DNA of 64,000 nt from Opitutales bacterium (GTDB taxonomy: Bacteria > Verrucomicrobiota > Verrucomicrobiia > Opitutales > JABSRG01): the NCBI GenBank assembly GCA_049599475.1, contig JBMYOQ010000002.1:32001-96000 (forward strand), given 5' to 3'. Shown in pieces: positions 9,903 through 18,632 of the stretch. Under the pieces are notes generated by a model. The model was not told the origin of the DNA. It worked only from the letters and a program-made list of their open reading frames with translations, and ran no database searches. Both the position numbers and the translations under genes were made by a program. The stretch's first letter is position 1; every line of letters begins with the position of its first letter.

Positions 9903-11063
9903 ATGAGTCGGTTGATTGTTACTTTTTCAGCATCGGATTACACGGGTGCTAGCCGAATGGGCTTTGAATACTTATCTGCATTGAGATCAGCAGGCTTTAC
10001 TCTGGATATCGTGATAGCACCCTATGAAGGAGAGCAGACCTCTTTACGAGGCGTGTTAGAAACAAATGGCTTTCAACCGATAGTTCGAGATTGGTTTTCT
10101 TCCTTCATCAACCTATCGGCAGTGAAATCGCTGGCCCTCTTAGCAGAGTCTAGAAAGGCAAGTTGTTTGATCTCTATGAACCAAGGTGATGTGAAGACAA
10201 CTGGACCCGCAGCGCGAATGGCTGGCTTATCTTACATTGCATTTGCTCAGAATCTTAGAAAATTTCATGGTCGTTTTCCAGTTCGAGTACTGAAAGAATG
10301 GGGCTACAAGAGAGAGATGAGGGCTGCTGCACGTGTAATTTCAGTTTCGAATACGGTATGCGACGAACACCGAAATAGATTTGGAGTTTCTAAGGATCGC
10401 TCAGTCGTTGTTGTCAATGGTGTAGACCTAAAGCGGTTTAAGCGCGAGCATATTAATCGAAGCGCGCTGCGCCGCCATTTTAATTGGGACGATGATGAGG
10501 CAATATCCTTAAACGTGGGTAGAATAACATTACAAAAAAACCAACTGGAACTAGTAGACGTATTCTTTAAAATATGCGAAAAGAAGCCAGATCAAAAAAA
10601 ACGACTTCTTTTCGTAGGAGCACCTGCGGGTAATGATTTCGGCTATTTCGAACAACTAAAAGATAAAATTCAGTCAAGTATTCATAGGGACAAGGTAGAA
10701 TTACTCGGCTGGCGCGATGATATTCCAGACTTGCTGAGCGCCTCAGATATTTATGTGCATCCAGCGAAATGGGAAGGTTGGCCGCTGGCTCCAACTGAGG
10801 CGATGGCAGCAGCGTGTCCTGTTGTCATGACTGATTGTTCAGGCGAACCGAGCGGGCTGATTCAAGGTGAAAACTGCTTTTGTACCCAAAACGGTGATAT
10901 GTATGCGTTTTCGGATGCGTGGATCACATTGCTAAATATGTCTGATCATGACCGGCGGGAACTTGGGCGAAAAGGACAAAAGATCGCGCTAAAATATTAT
11001 GACATAGAGAAGCTAAAAGCATCCTTTGTGGAAGCGATTCAGGAGGTGGTCGAGGATGTGTGA
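9903..11063 (+). CDS. Glycosyltransferase family 4
   Basis: VVNGVD, VGRITLQKNQ and EGWPLAPTEAMA (EX7E). Confidence 0.9.
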   Translation: MSRLIVTFSASDYTGASRMGFEYLSALRSAGFTLDIVIAPYEGEQTSLRGVLETNGFQPIVRDWFSSFINLSAVKSLALLAESRKASCLISMNQGDVKTTGPAARMAGLSYIAFAQNLRKFHGRFPVRVLKEWGYKREMRAAARVISVSNTVCDEHRNRFGVSKDRSVVVVNGVDLKRFKREHINRSALRRHFNWDDDEAISLNVGRITLQKNQLELVDVFFKICEKKPDQKKRLLFVGAPAGNDFGYFEQLKDKIQSSIHRDKVELLGWRDDIPDLLSASDIYVHPAKWEGWPLAPTEAMAAACPVVMTDCSGEPSGLIQGENCFCTQNGDMYAFSDAWITLLNMSDHDRRELGRKGQKIALKYYDIEKLKASFVEAIQEVVEDV

Positions 11064-11979
11064 ATTTGTTCCAGATTTCTTGATACTTGGAGCTCAAAAA
11101 GCTGGGACAACAGCTTTATCGGCTTATTTAGAACAACATCCGGAAATTTTTATACCGAGGAACAAAGAGCCGAGTTTTTTTTCATTTAAAAGTAAGCACC
11201 CCGAATATTGCGGGCCGGAAGACTGGTTGGCAAACCGAGATTTTGTTGTTCACCAAGATGCCTACTCTCAATTATTTCATCCTCGGGGACCGCAGCAAAT
11301 AGCTGGTGAGGCTTCTGTGACCTACCTATATTTGGCAGATACAGTGCGAAATATTAAATACTTTATTCCTAAGGCAAAATTTATTGTATCTTTGAGGAAT
11401 CCTGCCAAGCGGGCCTTTTCGGCATATCAGCATTTAAGGCGCGACGGACGAGAAGTCATCGGTAATTTTTCTGATGCATTAGAGGCTGAGAGCGAAAGGA
11501 TAGGAAAGAATTGGGAAACACTTTGGCATTATGAATCCGTAGGTTACTACGGAAAGCAGATTGAGCGGTATTTGGATGTTTTCAGTCGTGATCAATTTTT
11601 GTTTTTGAAAAGCGAAGAGATCTTCAATGATCCGCTTGAATCTCTTGAGCGATGTTTTGAGTTTCTAGAGGTAGATACGTCTTTTGTTCCTGATACGTCA
11701 TTCGAAATGAATGTATCTGGTGCGCCGAAATCTCAGCGGCTCAACGACTTTTTCAATAAGCCGAATCCCATAAAGGAAACGTTTAAAAAATTTATTCCGA
11801 TAAAGTTCGGCCGCAGAATTAAGAACGCGATCCAAAAGAAAAATTTGGAAAAGTCGGAGTCTATTGGCGAGGATGATTACATGAACCTCATATCGAGATA
11901 CACGCGCGATATTCAATTAACTGAACAGCTCACAGGACTTAATTTATCGAATTGGTATTCTCAAGACTTTGACTCATGA
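11056..11979 (+). CDS. Sulfotransferase (family 1/3-like)
   Basis: GAQKAGTTAL, KEPSFF and LRNPAKRAFSAY. Confidence 0.9.
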   Translation: MCEFVPDFLILGAQKAGTTALSAYLEQHPEIFIPRNKEPSFFSFKSKHPEYCGPEDWLANRDFVVHQDAYSQLFHPRGPQQIAGEASVTYLYLADTVRNIKYFIPKAKFIVSLRNPAKRAFSAYQHLRRDGREVIGNFSDALEAESERIGKNWETLWHYESVGYYGKQIERYLDVFSRDQFLFLKSEEIFNDPLESLERCFEFLEVDTSFVPDTSFEMNVSGAPKSQRLNDFFNKPNPIKETFKKFIPIKFGRRIKNAIQKKNLEKSESIGEDDYMNLISRYTRDIQLTEQLTGLNLSNWYSQDFDS

Positions 11980-13184
11980 AAATATGCATTGCCAATGATT
12001 TCGCATGTCCGAATGGGGGTGCCTCTAAGGTTGCTATTACAGAAGCAATGGGTCTGAGCGAATCGGGCCATGATGTTTACTATTTCGCCGAATCGGGCCC
12101 GATAGATGAATCATTAATGAATTCAAATGTCTCAGTTGTCTGTGCCAATCGTCCTGATATACTTTCCAACCCGAGCAGGATTAATGCGTGTATTCGTGGC
12201 ATAGCGAATAAGCATGCTTATGATGATCTAAGTGACTTAATTAATCGATTCGATGAGGATTGGATTGTGCACGTGCACAGCTATAGCAAAGCTTTATCTC
12301 CCTATATTTTTAAAATAGGCGAGAAAACTAGTGTGCAGCTTTATCATACGCTTCATGATTATTTTATTGGTTGCCCCCAAGGAGGCTTTTTTGACAAACA
12401 AAAGGAGAGTGTTTGTAAGCTTAAAGGAGGAAGTTTTCAGTGCTTAAAGACTCACTGTGATGCTAGAAGTTTCGCACAGAAAGTATGGCGCTTTGGGAGA
12501 TGGGTTTATCAAGAAAATGTATTTTCTGAAATTGCCTGTTTGCCGCAGTTTATTGCCGTGTCTGAATATTTAAAATCGCGGCTGCTGAACTATCTACCTG
12601 CAGGTGCTAAAGTTGACGTTTTAGATAATCCTATTGATGCAGTTGCATCCTCGACAATAAATGTTGAGGAAAATCATGTATACGGGTTTGTTGGCCGACT
12701 TGTAGCTGAGAAGGGAATTTTTCATTACGCGGAAGCGATTCGGAAGTCGGGAAAACGGGGTGTTATCATTGGGGATGGTGACGAATCTGTAATTCAGCGA
12801 GTGAAAGAGATTTGTCCCAATTTAGAAATTAAAGGATGGTTGCAGGGAGATGCGTTGTTATCTGAGATCTCGAGCTTTCGCGCGCTTATTTTTCCGTCGA
12901 TCTATTATGAAGGACAACCCTTGACGCCGTTGGAGCATATGGCGCTTGGGATTCCTGTTGTGAGTTCTAACACTAACGCAGCTATCGATTATATGGAGGA
13001 TGGTGTAAATGGATTCGTATATGATGGAGATAGTGTTGATTCATTGGTGGCGGCTATAGAAAAAATTGAGGAACGGGGCGTGGCTGGCAAATTGGGGGCG
13101 AGGGCCAAGGCATGGTATAAAGGCAGGGATTGGTCCATAGATGGCCATATTCGAAAATTAGAGAGATTATATGGAATCCGATGA
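11976..13184 (+). CDS. Glycosyltransferase family 4
   Basis: TLHDY, VGRLVAEKG and EGQPLTPLEHMA. Confidence 0.9.
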   Translation: MKICIANDFACPNGGASKVAITEAMGLSESGHDVYYFAESGPIDESLMNSNVSVVCANRPDILSNPSRINACIRGIANKHAYDDLSDLINRFDEDWIVHVHSYSKALSPYIFKIGEKTSVQLYHTLHDYFIGCPQGGFFDKQKESVCKLKGGSFQCLKTHCDARSFAQKVWRFGRWVYQENVFSEIACLPQFIAVSEYLKSRLLNYLPAGAKVDVLDNPIDAVASSTINVEENHVYGFVGRLVAEKGIFHYAEAIRKSGKRGVIIGDGDESVIQRVKEICPNLEIKGWLQGDALLSEISSFRALIFPSIYYEGQPLTPLEHMALGIPVVSSNTNAAIDYMEDGVNGFVYDGDSVDSLVAAIEKIEERGVAGKLGARAKAWYKGRDWSIDGHIRKLERLYGIR

Positions 13185-14344
13185 AAGCGGCCGAAAACAA
13201 CAAAAGTGTTTTAATGATATCCGAGCCGGGGGTGGATGGTGTATTTCGCCACGTAGAGGGTTTGATTGATTATTTATTGTTGAATGAATGGCAGGTTCAT
13301 TTTGCGTATTCAAGCCAGCGCTCATCTGAACGACTTTTTTCGTTGGTGCGACGGGTATCCGATGCAGGAGGCATGACCGCTGATTTGAAAATTGGTAATG
13401 CGCCTGAAGTAAGAGATATTGGGGCCTGGTGGACATTGAGGCGGATGGTCAAAGAAGTTTCACCTTGTGTAATTCATGGCCATTCATCGAAGGGGGGAAC
13501 GCTGGCCCGAGTGATTTCGAATATTCCTGTGCTTTATACGCCTAATGCCTACTTTGGCATGGGGTTTCGTTCTGGTGCCAAGGCATTCCTGTTTAACTTT
13601 GTGGAGCGCCTTTTGTCATCCCGGGGAGTAAACATTCATGTTTCGCCTGAGGAGAGCGCTTTCGCGCAAACGGTATTAAAAATAAATTCTGAACGGATGG
13701 TTGAAATCCCTAATGCGGTAGACTTTGACGCATTTCGTCCAGCAAGTTCGGACATAGAAAAAAAGAACTTAAAGGCCGAGATGGGAATTGAAGCTGATGC
13801 CTGGGTATTGGGCTCTATCGGGCGTATTTCTTATCAAAAAAATCCAGAGCTATTGTATCGATCATTCGAAGCATTCTCGAATCGTCGAAATGATGCCAAG
13901 CTTTGCCTGTTACACGTGGGTGGAGGGAGTCGAGAAGATTTGGACGCTCTTTCGGCTATTGCGGAAAGGTTTAATAAAAACACCATTGTTGTTCGTCCCG
14001 TTTACCGTTCGGATCCTGAAGTGTTTTATAAGGTGATGGATGCTTTTTGCTTGAGTAGTCGTTATGAGGGGTTGCCGTTTACTGCGCTTGAAGCTCTTGC
14101 CTCAGATCTCCCGTTAGTTTTGACCGATGGCCCGGGACTTCGATCGTTTGCTGATTCGAAATACGGGTTCGAGCAAATTTATTATGCAGCATCAGACAAC
14201 ATAGAGATGTTTGCAGAGGCTATATTGACTTGCTTCAATCAGAGAGAACGTGGGACGAATCATCGTTCAGCCTCAAAAGATTTTTTTTCGATCAATAGTG
14301 TCTACGGCCGCATTGTAGATTTGTACACACAATCAAAGGTTTAG
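13181..14344 (+). CDS. Glycosyltransferase family 4
   Basis: HGHSSKGG, GRISYQKN and EGLPFTALEALA. Confidence 0.9.
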   Translation: MKAAENNKSVLMISEPGVDGVFRHVEGLIDYLLLNEWQVHFAYSSQRSSERLFSLVRRVSDAGGMTADLKIGNAPEVRDIGAWWTLRRMVKEVSPCVIHGHSSKGGTLARVISNIPVLYTPNAYFGMGFRSGAKAFLFNFVERLLSSRGVNIHVSPEESAFAQTVLKINSERMVEIPNAVDFDAFRPASSDIEKKNLKAEMGIEADAWVLGSIGRISYQKNPELLYRSFEAFSNRRNDAKLCLLHVGGGSREDLDALSAIAERFNKNTIVVRPVYRSDPEVFYKVMDAFCLSSRYEGLPFTALEALASDLPLVLTDGPGLRSFADSKYGFEQIYYAASDNIEMFAEAILTCFNQRERGTNHRSASKDFFSINSVYGRIVDLYTQSKV

Positions 14345-14416
14345 GTCTTTCCAGATTAGCCCTACCTTGATCCTTTTAAAAAGTGTAATTCGGGCTGCAT
14401 AAAAAGAGGATGAGGC

Positions 14417-15109
14417 TTATGCATGAGGTGTGATCTTGGCTTTTTTTGCCAAATCTTGCAGCAATGGGAGTGTCGATGGGTCTTTTAATAAATCCCGAAT
14501 GTCGCGGTTCGAAGATATACGGACGAAGAATTGTTCACGCTTTTGATTGATACCGAATTGAGTGAGCGTCTTTAAGAAATTTCCAGATATTTGGCCGTAG
14601 CGAGATTGTTCATTCGCGTAAATTTGATCGCCGACAATATGCCAAAATGTAACGCTTTGTGTCTGACCTTGTTTTTCAAATACACGGAATTCAGCGGGGT
14701 GAGCATCGGCCACGAAGACTTTATCCAGATCTATTTGATGTTCTCGTTTGATGGAGGTCCAACCGTTGCCGACCCAGCAGATATCTGGCGTGTGTTCGTG
14801 GGCTTGTTTGATTGGGGCGCTGCCGGGCTTCCAGTAGGCTACGTAGAGGATGAGTTGGGTATTGCCCCGGGTGTATATTCGGGAGACGTAGTCGTCGAAG
14901 TCTAGGATTTCGTCTACGCGGGCGAGCATCTCTTCGGTTTCGGCTAGGGGGAGGTCTTCCGCTTTCCAACCGGGCATCTCGGGGTTTATCAGTTCGGCAA
15001 GGGGTTGGGTGATCGATGGTGCCGGCTGCGGACGGACGGCGTCGAACACCTGCATGCCAATCGCAAAGAGTAAACCCAGCAGCGGAATCGAAAGGAGGAA
15101 TAATCGCAT
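14417..15109 (-). CDS. epsI: Exosortase-associated EpsI family protein
   Basis: N-terminal anchor, LYVAYW, HTPDICWVGNGW and FFVRISS. Confidence 0.8.
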   Translation of the reverse strand: MRLFLLSIPLLGLLFAIGMQVFDAVRPQPAPSITQPLAELINPEMPGWKAEDLPLAETEEMLARVDEILDFDDYVSRIYTRGNTQLILYVAYWKPGSAPIKQAHEHTPDICWVGNGWTSIKREHQIDLDKVFVADAHPAEFRVFEKQGQTQSVTFWHIVGDQIYANEQSRYGQISGNFLKTLTQFGINQKREQFFVRISSNRDIRDLLKDPSTLPLLQDLAKKAKITPHA

Positions 15110-15324
15110 AGTCTAGACTTACCACAAAAAACACAGAATGCACAGAAAAGTTGTTGAAGGGGATTTATCGCCGGCAGCGGGTTTATTTTTAACCACGAAT
15201 CACACTAATCACACGAATGGGGTTTTTTACTGCTTGCCTGCTTGAGCGTAGCTGGCGTGAGATCATCATTGATGACGGAGGTTTGCCGGAGACGGCGGTG
15301 CAATTATGAAATGAAGAGCGCGTT

Positions 15325-15543
15325 TCAGCGCTTGGGCTTTACCAGATTCCCTGTGTTTGGATCAATGTATGCGTCGCCACTTTTCTTTTTGCGTTCAACC
15401 GCTTCGTCGAAGAGCGCATTCAGATCCTCGTTGGCCTTGAGCTTTTGGTCGAAGCTGAGTTTTTGCCAATCGATTAAATTATTCAATTCAGCTCCGCTAA
15501 AGGTGCATCCTGACCAGTCTATGTCGGGGGCGGTCTCGCTCAT
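15325..15543 (-). CDS. Small hypothetical protein coupled to the upstream nucleotidyltransferase
   Basis: Overlaps the stop of the NTase (ATGA coupling); WQKLSFDQKL pattern. Confidence 0.65.
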   Translation of the reverse strand: MSETAPDIDWSGCTFSGAELNNLIDWQKLSFDQKLKANEDLNALFDEAVERKKKSGDAYIDPNTGNLVKPKR

Positions 15544-16049
15544 TTCTGGGTAGCTTGTTGGATTTTCTTCAAAAACTCAATGTCGATCTGATCTTTGAGG
15601 CGATTGGCCGATTGTTTCATTGAGATGAGCGTGGGTATGCTGGCGAAGCGGACGAGGGTGTTTTGGTCTCCGGTGTGCTCGCTTTTAGCGGATTCCCATT
15701 CGGTGTTAAAATCGAAAGGATGTTGGACGAAAACATCGAGCTTCGTGTCTGGATATGAGTCACTCCAGAATTGTAGAACTTGCATGTTCTTTTCGGTGTG
15801 CCAGATCTTGCGGAGATCGGCGTTTGAGAACTGTTTTGAGGTAATCGGGACGGTGGGCCTGTATCCTATTTGATTGAGTGCGCGGAAAGCTGATTCGATG
15901 TTATCTGGAACCAATTCCAATACGATGTCTGCATCGCGTGTGGCACGTAAGTAGCCGTGGGCTATAACCGCTAAGCCTCCGACTACTATGTAGCGAACAT
16001 TGTGAGCCTTGAGTGCATGAACGATTGTGTGAAACGAAGATGCTTTCAT
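15540..16049 (-). CDS. Pol-beta-superfamily nucleotidyltransferase (DUF6036-like)
   Basis: VVGGLAVIAHGYLRATRDAD and LISMK...R.KD..D. Confidence 0.85.
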   Translation of the reverse strand: MKASSFHTIVHALKAHNVRYIVVGGLAVIAHGYLRATRDADIVLELVPDNIESAFRALNQIGYRPTVPITSKQFSNADLRKIWHTEKNMQVLQFWSDSYPDTKLDVFVQHPFDFNTEWESAKSEHTGDQNTLVRFASIPTLISMKQSANRLKDQIDIEFLKKIQQATQK

Positions 16050-16056
16050 GGCTTGT

Positions 16057-16161
16057 TTGAGTTCATCGATGAGCCGCTTCGGGGCGCATGGCGTCGAAGT
16101 CTTGCATGCCGATGGCGAAGAGCAAACCTAGCACTGGAATCGATAAGAAAAAAAATCGCAT
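16057..16161 (-). pseudogene. Orphan 5' fragment of an epsI allele
   Basis: MRFFFLSIPVLGLLFAIGMQDFDAMRPEAAHR*; many differences from epsI are synonymous. Confidence 0.85.
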
Positions 16162-16213
16162 TCTCTAGGCTTACCACAAAAAACACAGAATGCACAGAAA
16201 AGTTGTTGGGCTC

Positions 16214-16612
16214 TCACGGAGTCACGGAGAGCACGGAGATGCGTTCTGGTTTTATCTTTGGGTCTTGGGGTCTTTGCGTGAGACTTGGCAAATTCTCTTG
16301 GTCACGAGATGGCACTAAAAGGCACAAAAATGAAGCTAGGGAGCGGATTTCTGAAACCACATAAAGGCACAGCACACCAAAAAACTCCGTGTCCTCCGTG
16401 CCTCCGTGAGGGCTTAAAATCGACGTTTAGATTTAAGAATTAAGAGCTTAGATTTTAGAGTTAATGGGATTTGGAGCTTGAGAATTGTTCCTTCAGCGCC
16501 CGGAGGGCACCCGCTTCAGTCACCCCTGCGGGGCACGCTCTGGCGCGCGCACCATCTACGCGCTGCTCGCGCTCCGTGGTTTTTGGGATTTGGAGTTTGG
16601 AATTTGGGATTT
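16214..16612. repeat. Cluster of 8-10 nt CAC-triplet repeats and 7-mer repeats, including an inverted pair
   Basis: ctcacggagtcacggagagcacggag (~16214) versus ctccgtgtcctccgtgcctccgtgag (~16385); tttgggatttggagtttggaatttgggattt (~16582). Confidence 0.8.
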
Positions 16613-16780
16613 ACGGGATGAAGGAGCGTTTTCTTTGAGCTTGCGTAGGGTGGCTAGATCGTTCGCTAGTTGCGTCATTTGATCGATACGTTCGAACGGG
16701 CGAAGCGAGAGATTGTGCATCCAGAGAGAGGCATCGGGCTTATCGGTCGCTGTGAGTTTTGGTGGGTCCTTTGATTTCAT
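16556..16780 (-). CDS. Small hypothetical protein coupled to the upstream nucleotidyltransferase
   Basis: ATGA overlap; D.SL..HNLSL.P.ERI pattern; the C-terminus reads through the 7-mer repeats. Confidence 0.6.
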   Translation of the reverse strand: MKSKDPPKLTATDKPDASLWMHNLSLRPFERIDQMTQLANDLATLRKLKENAPSSRKSQIPNSKSQKPRSASSA

Positions 16781-17250
16781 GACTGGCCGAGAATCTTGAC
16801 GTTTTCAAGATCATGCGGTCGCCCCATCGCTTCCTTTGCTTGAATCAAGGTAGGTAGATCGAGTGTTAGGAGGATAGGGGATTCTTTTTCATCACCGAGC
16901 GGAATTTGGATGGTGTGGGGCCTGGCATCTTTGTAGGAGCCCACAGCCTTGACGCTGCCTAGGCAATCCTGCTGTCCCCAATCCGTGAGCAAAGAGATGT
17001 TTTTCCATGTGCGGTCGCAATCAGAAGCCTCGAATGCGCATGGTGGGCGAGCCATACGGTGTTTGGGTTGTAGTTTCTTCAGGCTCTGCCAGAGTTTGCG
17101 AATGTTTCGGGGATTCATATCGCAAAGGATATCTATATCTTGAGTCAGTAGTGAGCTGCCGTGGATGGCTCCAGCCATACCACACACCAAAATGAAGTCT
17201 ACTTGGCCGTTGATCAACTGGATGAGTAAATCGCGGAAGTGTAGAATCAT
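16777..17250 (-). CDS. Nucleotidyltransferase family protein (possibly decaying)
   Basis: LVCGMAGAIHGSSLLTQDIDI (the usual GG appears as CG) and LIQAKEAMGRPHD. Confidence 0.8.
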   Translation of the reverse strand: MILHFRDLLIQLINGQVDFILVCGMAGAIHGSSLLTQDIDILCDMNPRNIRKLWQSLKKLQPKHRMARPPCAFEASDCDRTWKNISLLTDWGQQDCLGSVKAVGSYKDARPHTIQIPLGDEKESPILLTLDLPTLIQAKEAMGRPHDLENVKILGQS

Positions 17251-17387
17251 AAACGTGTTGAAAGGGGTGAGGAAAGCATGAGCTTTTTTGTAAGATTAAA
17301 TAGCCTAGCTGAAGGTTAAAATGACTACTCGGGGCGAAGTAGTGAACCGCGAATCGTGGGATATGGGTATTTGAGGTCGGACTCTCT

Positions 17388-17564
17388 ATTATACGCCATA
17401 TCTTTGAGTATTTTTTGAGCTGAGCGCTCGTTGATTTCACGATGCCGTGGCACCGGCTGCCTCGCTCTTGACTGGGGATTGTGATAGATGTCGTATTTTG
17501 CTCAATGTCTCAGCAGTGTGCGTCCTATTTTTACAAGCTGCTGAATCAGGTCTCTGCGTTTCAT
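17388..17564 (-). pseudogene. hicA: HicA toxin pseudogene
   Basis: Manual translation MKRRDLIQQLVKIGRTLLRH*AKYDIYHNPQSRARQPVPRHREINERSAQKILKD; in-frame TGA at 17502-17504; 3' end approximate. Confidence 0.85.
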
Positions 17565-17757
17565 GCTACCTGGAGCTCATCGACCGTTTTGGTTCCTGGT
17601 ATCAGTTCGTAGATAAATGTTGCGTGAAGATCTTTCAGGTGGAGTTGAAGGTCTTATAAGCGGAACCTTAGATCCAATGGTCGGGATGGCTGTTGAGAAA
17701 ACCAAGGAAGGTGCCGTCCGACTCTTTCCAATATGTATATTTGATCTTAATCCTCAT
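17561..17757 (-). pseudogene. hicB: HicB-like antitoxin pseudogene
   Basis: MRIKIKYTYWKESDGTFLGFLNSHPDHWI*G, then a frameshift to ...HLKDLHATFIYELIPGTKTVDELQVA*; overlaps the hicA start (ATGA). Confidence 0.8.
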
Positions 17758-17814
17758 TAAACTCCGGTTTGAGATCGTTTAAATCAAGCGAGTAAGGGAG
17801 GCGCGTGAGGCTCT

Positions 17815-17885
17815 GAAATTAGAAATTTGGTTATTGGCTGTTGGTTGTTGAGATTTGGAGCTTGGGAGTTGGGATTTGGAATTTT
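17815..17885. repeat. Degenerate 7-mer tandem repeat
   Basis: gaaattagaaatttggttattggctgttggttgttgagatttggagcttgggagttgggatttggaattt. Confidence 0.75.
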
Positions 17886-17951
17886 GTTCGAGCGTAGCGG
17901 CAAGACCGGGCGCTCAGTGAACCGGACCATTATGAACCAGGACAAAGTCGA

Positions 17952-18374
17952 TCAGGGGGTCTTGCATCGGATGTCTTTGAAGCAAGCAAAGTCGCTTGGG
18001 TTGTAGGTTACGAGGGTTTCGATTCCGTTTTGTAGCATTACAGCTACGAGTTGAGCGTCATGGATGCGTTTGCCGCTGAGAGTGTGTTGTTTGACTAACT
18101 TGAGCAGGTTTTGAGTCGTTTGTATGTTTTCCTCGAGTTGAAAAAGGAAGCTTCGAAAACGATCAATGTTTTGAACTGCAGACTCTGGCGGCAAACCCAG
18201 GCCATTTCGCTCTATGGGGCGCGTAGCGACAACTGCGTACTCGCGAAACACTTGGCCGCTGGTGTACGCCGTTTGGGTGGATCCTATAATATCTTCAAGA
18301 AAAGCTTGGCAGTCCTTCTGGTGTGCGCGGCTCCTATCCGTAGCCTCTAAAAGAATGTTGGTATCAATAAACAC
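17952..18374 (-). CDS. vapC: PIN-domain toxin (VapC/FitB-like)
   Basis: FIDTNILL, E.A.V.TRP, IHDAQLVA and TYNPSDF. Confidence 0.9.
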   Translation of the reverse strand: MFIDTNILLEATDRSRAHQKDCQAFLEDIIGSTQTAYTSGQVFREYAVVATRPIERNGLGLPPESAVQNIDRFRSFLFQLEENIQTTQNLLKLVKQHTLSGKRIHDAQLVAVMLQNGIETLVTYNPSDFACFKDIRCKTP

Positions 18375-18375
18375 G

Positions 18376-18612
18376 TTATCGCCCTTCTGAGGAGTCTTCG
18401 TAAATGGCCGCGCGATTCCAAGAACCCTCCTTGATGCCAGACTCGGCGTAGCAGAGTTCTAGTGAACGTTTGCTTGATGGGAGGGGCAGTTTAGAAGCCG
18501 CTTCAAGGAGATGGTGAATCTCGTGTTGAAGAGACCTGTGATGGCTTTTGGCGCGAGTCTTAAGGGCTTCGAGAGTATGCTCAGGAACGTTGCGAATATG
18601 TATTGATTTCAT
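18376..18612 (-). CDS. Ribbon-helix-helix antitoxin (FitA/VapB-like)
   Basis: MKSIHIRNVPE..LEALK.RA..HHRSLQ.EI; immediately upstream of the PIN gene. Confidence 0.88.
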   Translation of the reverse strand: MKSIHIRNVPEHTLEALKTRAKSHHRSLQHEIHHLLEAASKLPLPSSKRSLELCYAESGIKEGSWNRAAIYEDSSEGR

Positions 18613-18615
18613 ACT

Positions 18616-18632
18616 GGTATCAAAATGATACC
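18616..18632. promoter_or_regulatory. Palindromic operator candidate for the RHH antitoxin
   Basis: GGTATCA-aaa-TGATACC, 3 nt upstream of the antitoxin ATG. Confidence 0.6.

Larger units (their letters stand above)
15005..16208. repeat. Diverged ~150 bp direct repeat (15005-15156 and 16057-16208) consisting of the epsI upstream region plus its first ~35 codons
   Basis: cttaccacaaaaaacacagaatgcacagaaaagttgttg is identical in both copies; the coding part is MRLFLLSIPLLGLLFAIGMQVFDAVRP versus MRFFFLSIPVLGLLFAIGMQDFDAMRP. Confidence 0.9.

Noticed and set aside
15118..16208. Identical 39-bp repeats as a CRISPR array
   Set aside because: Only two copies about 1 kb apart, part of a longer epsI duplication, and no cas genes in the window
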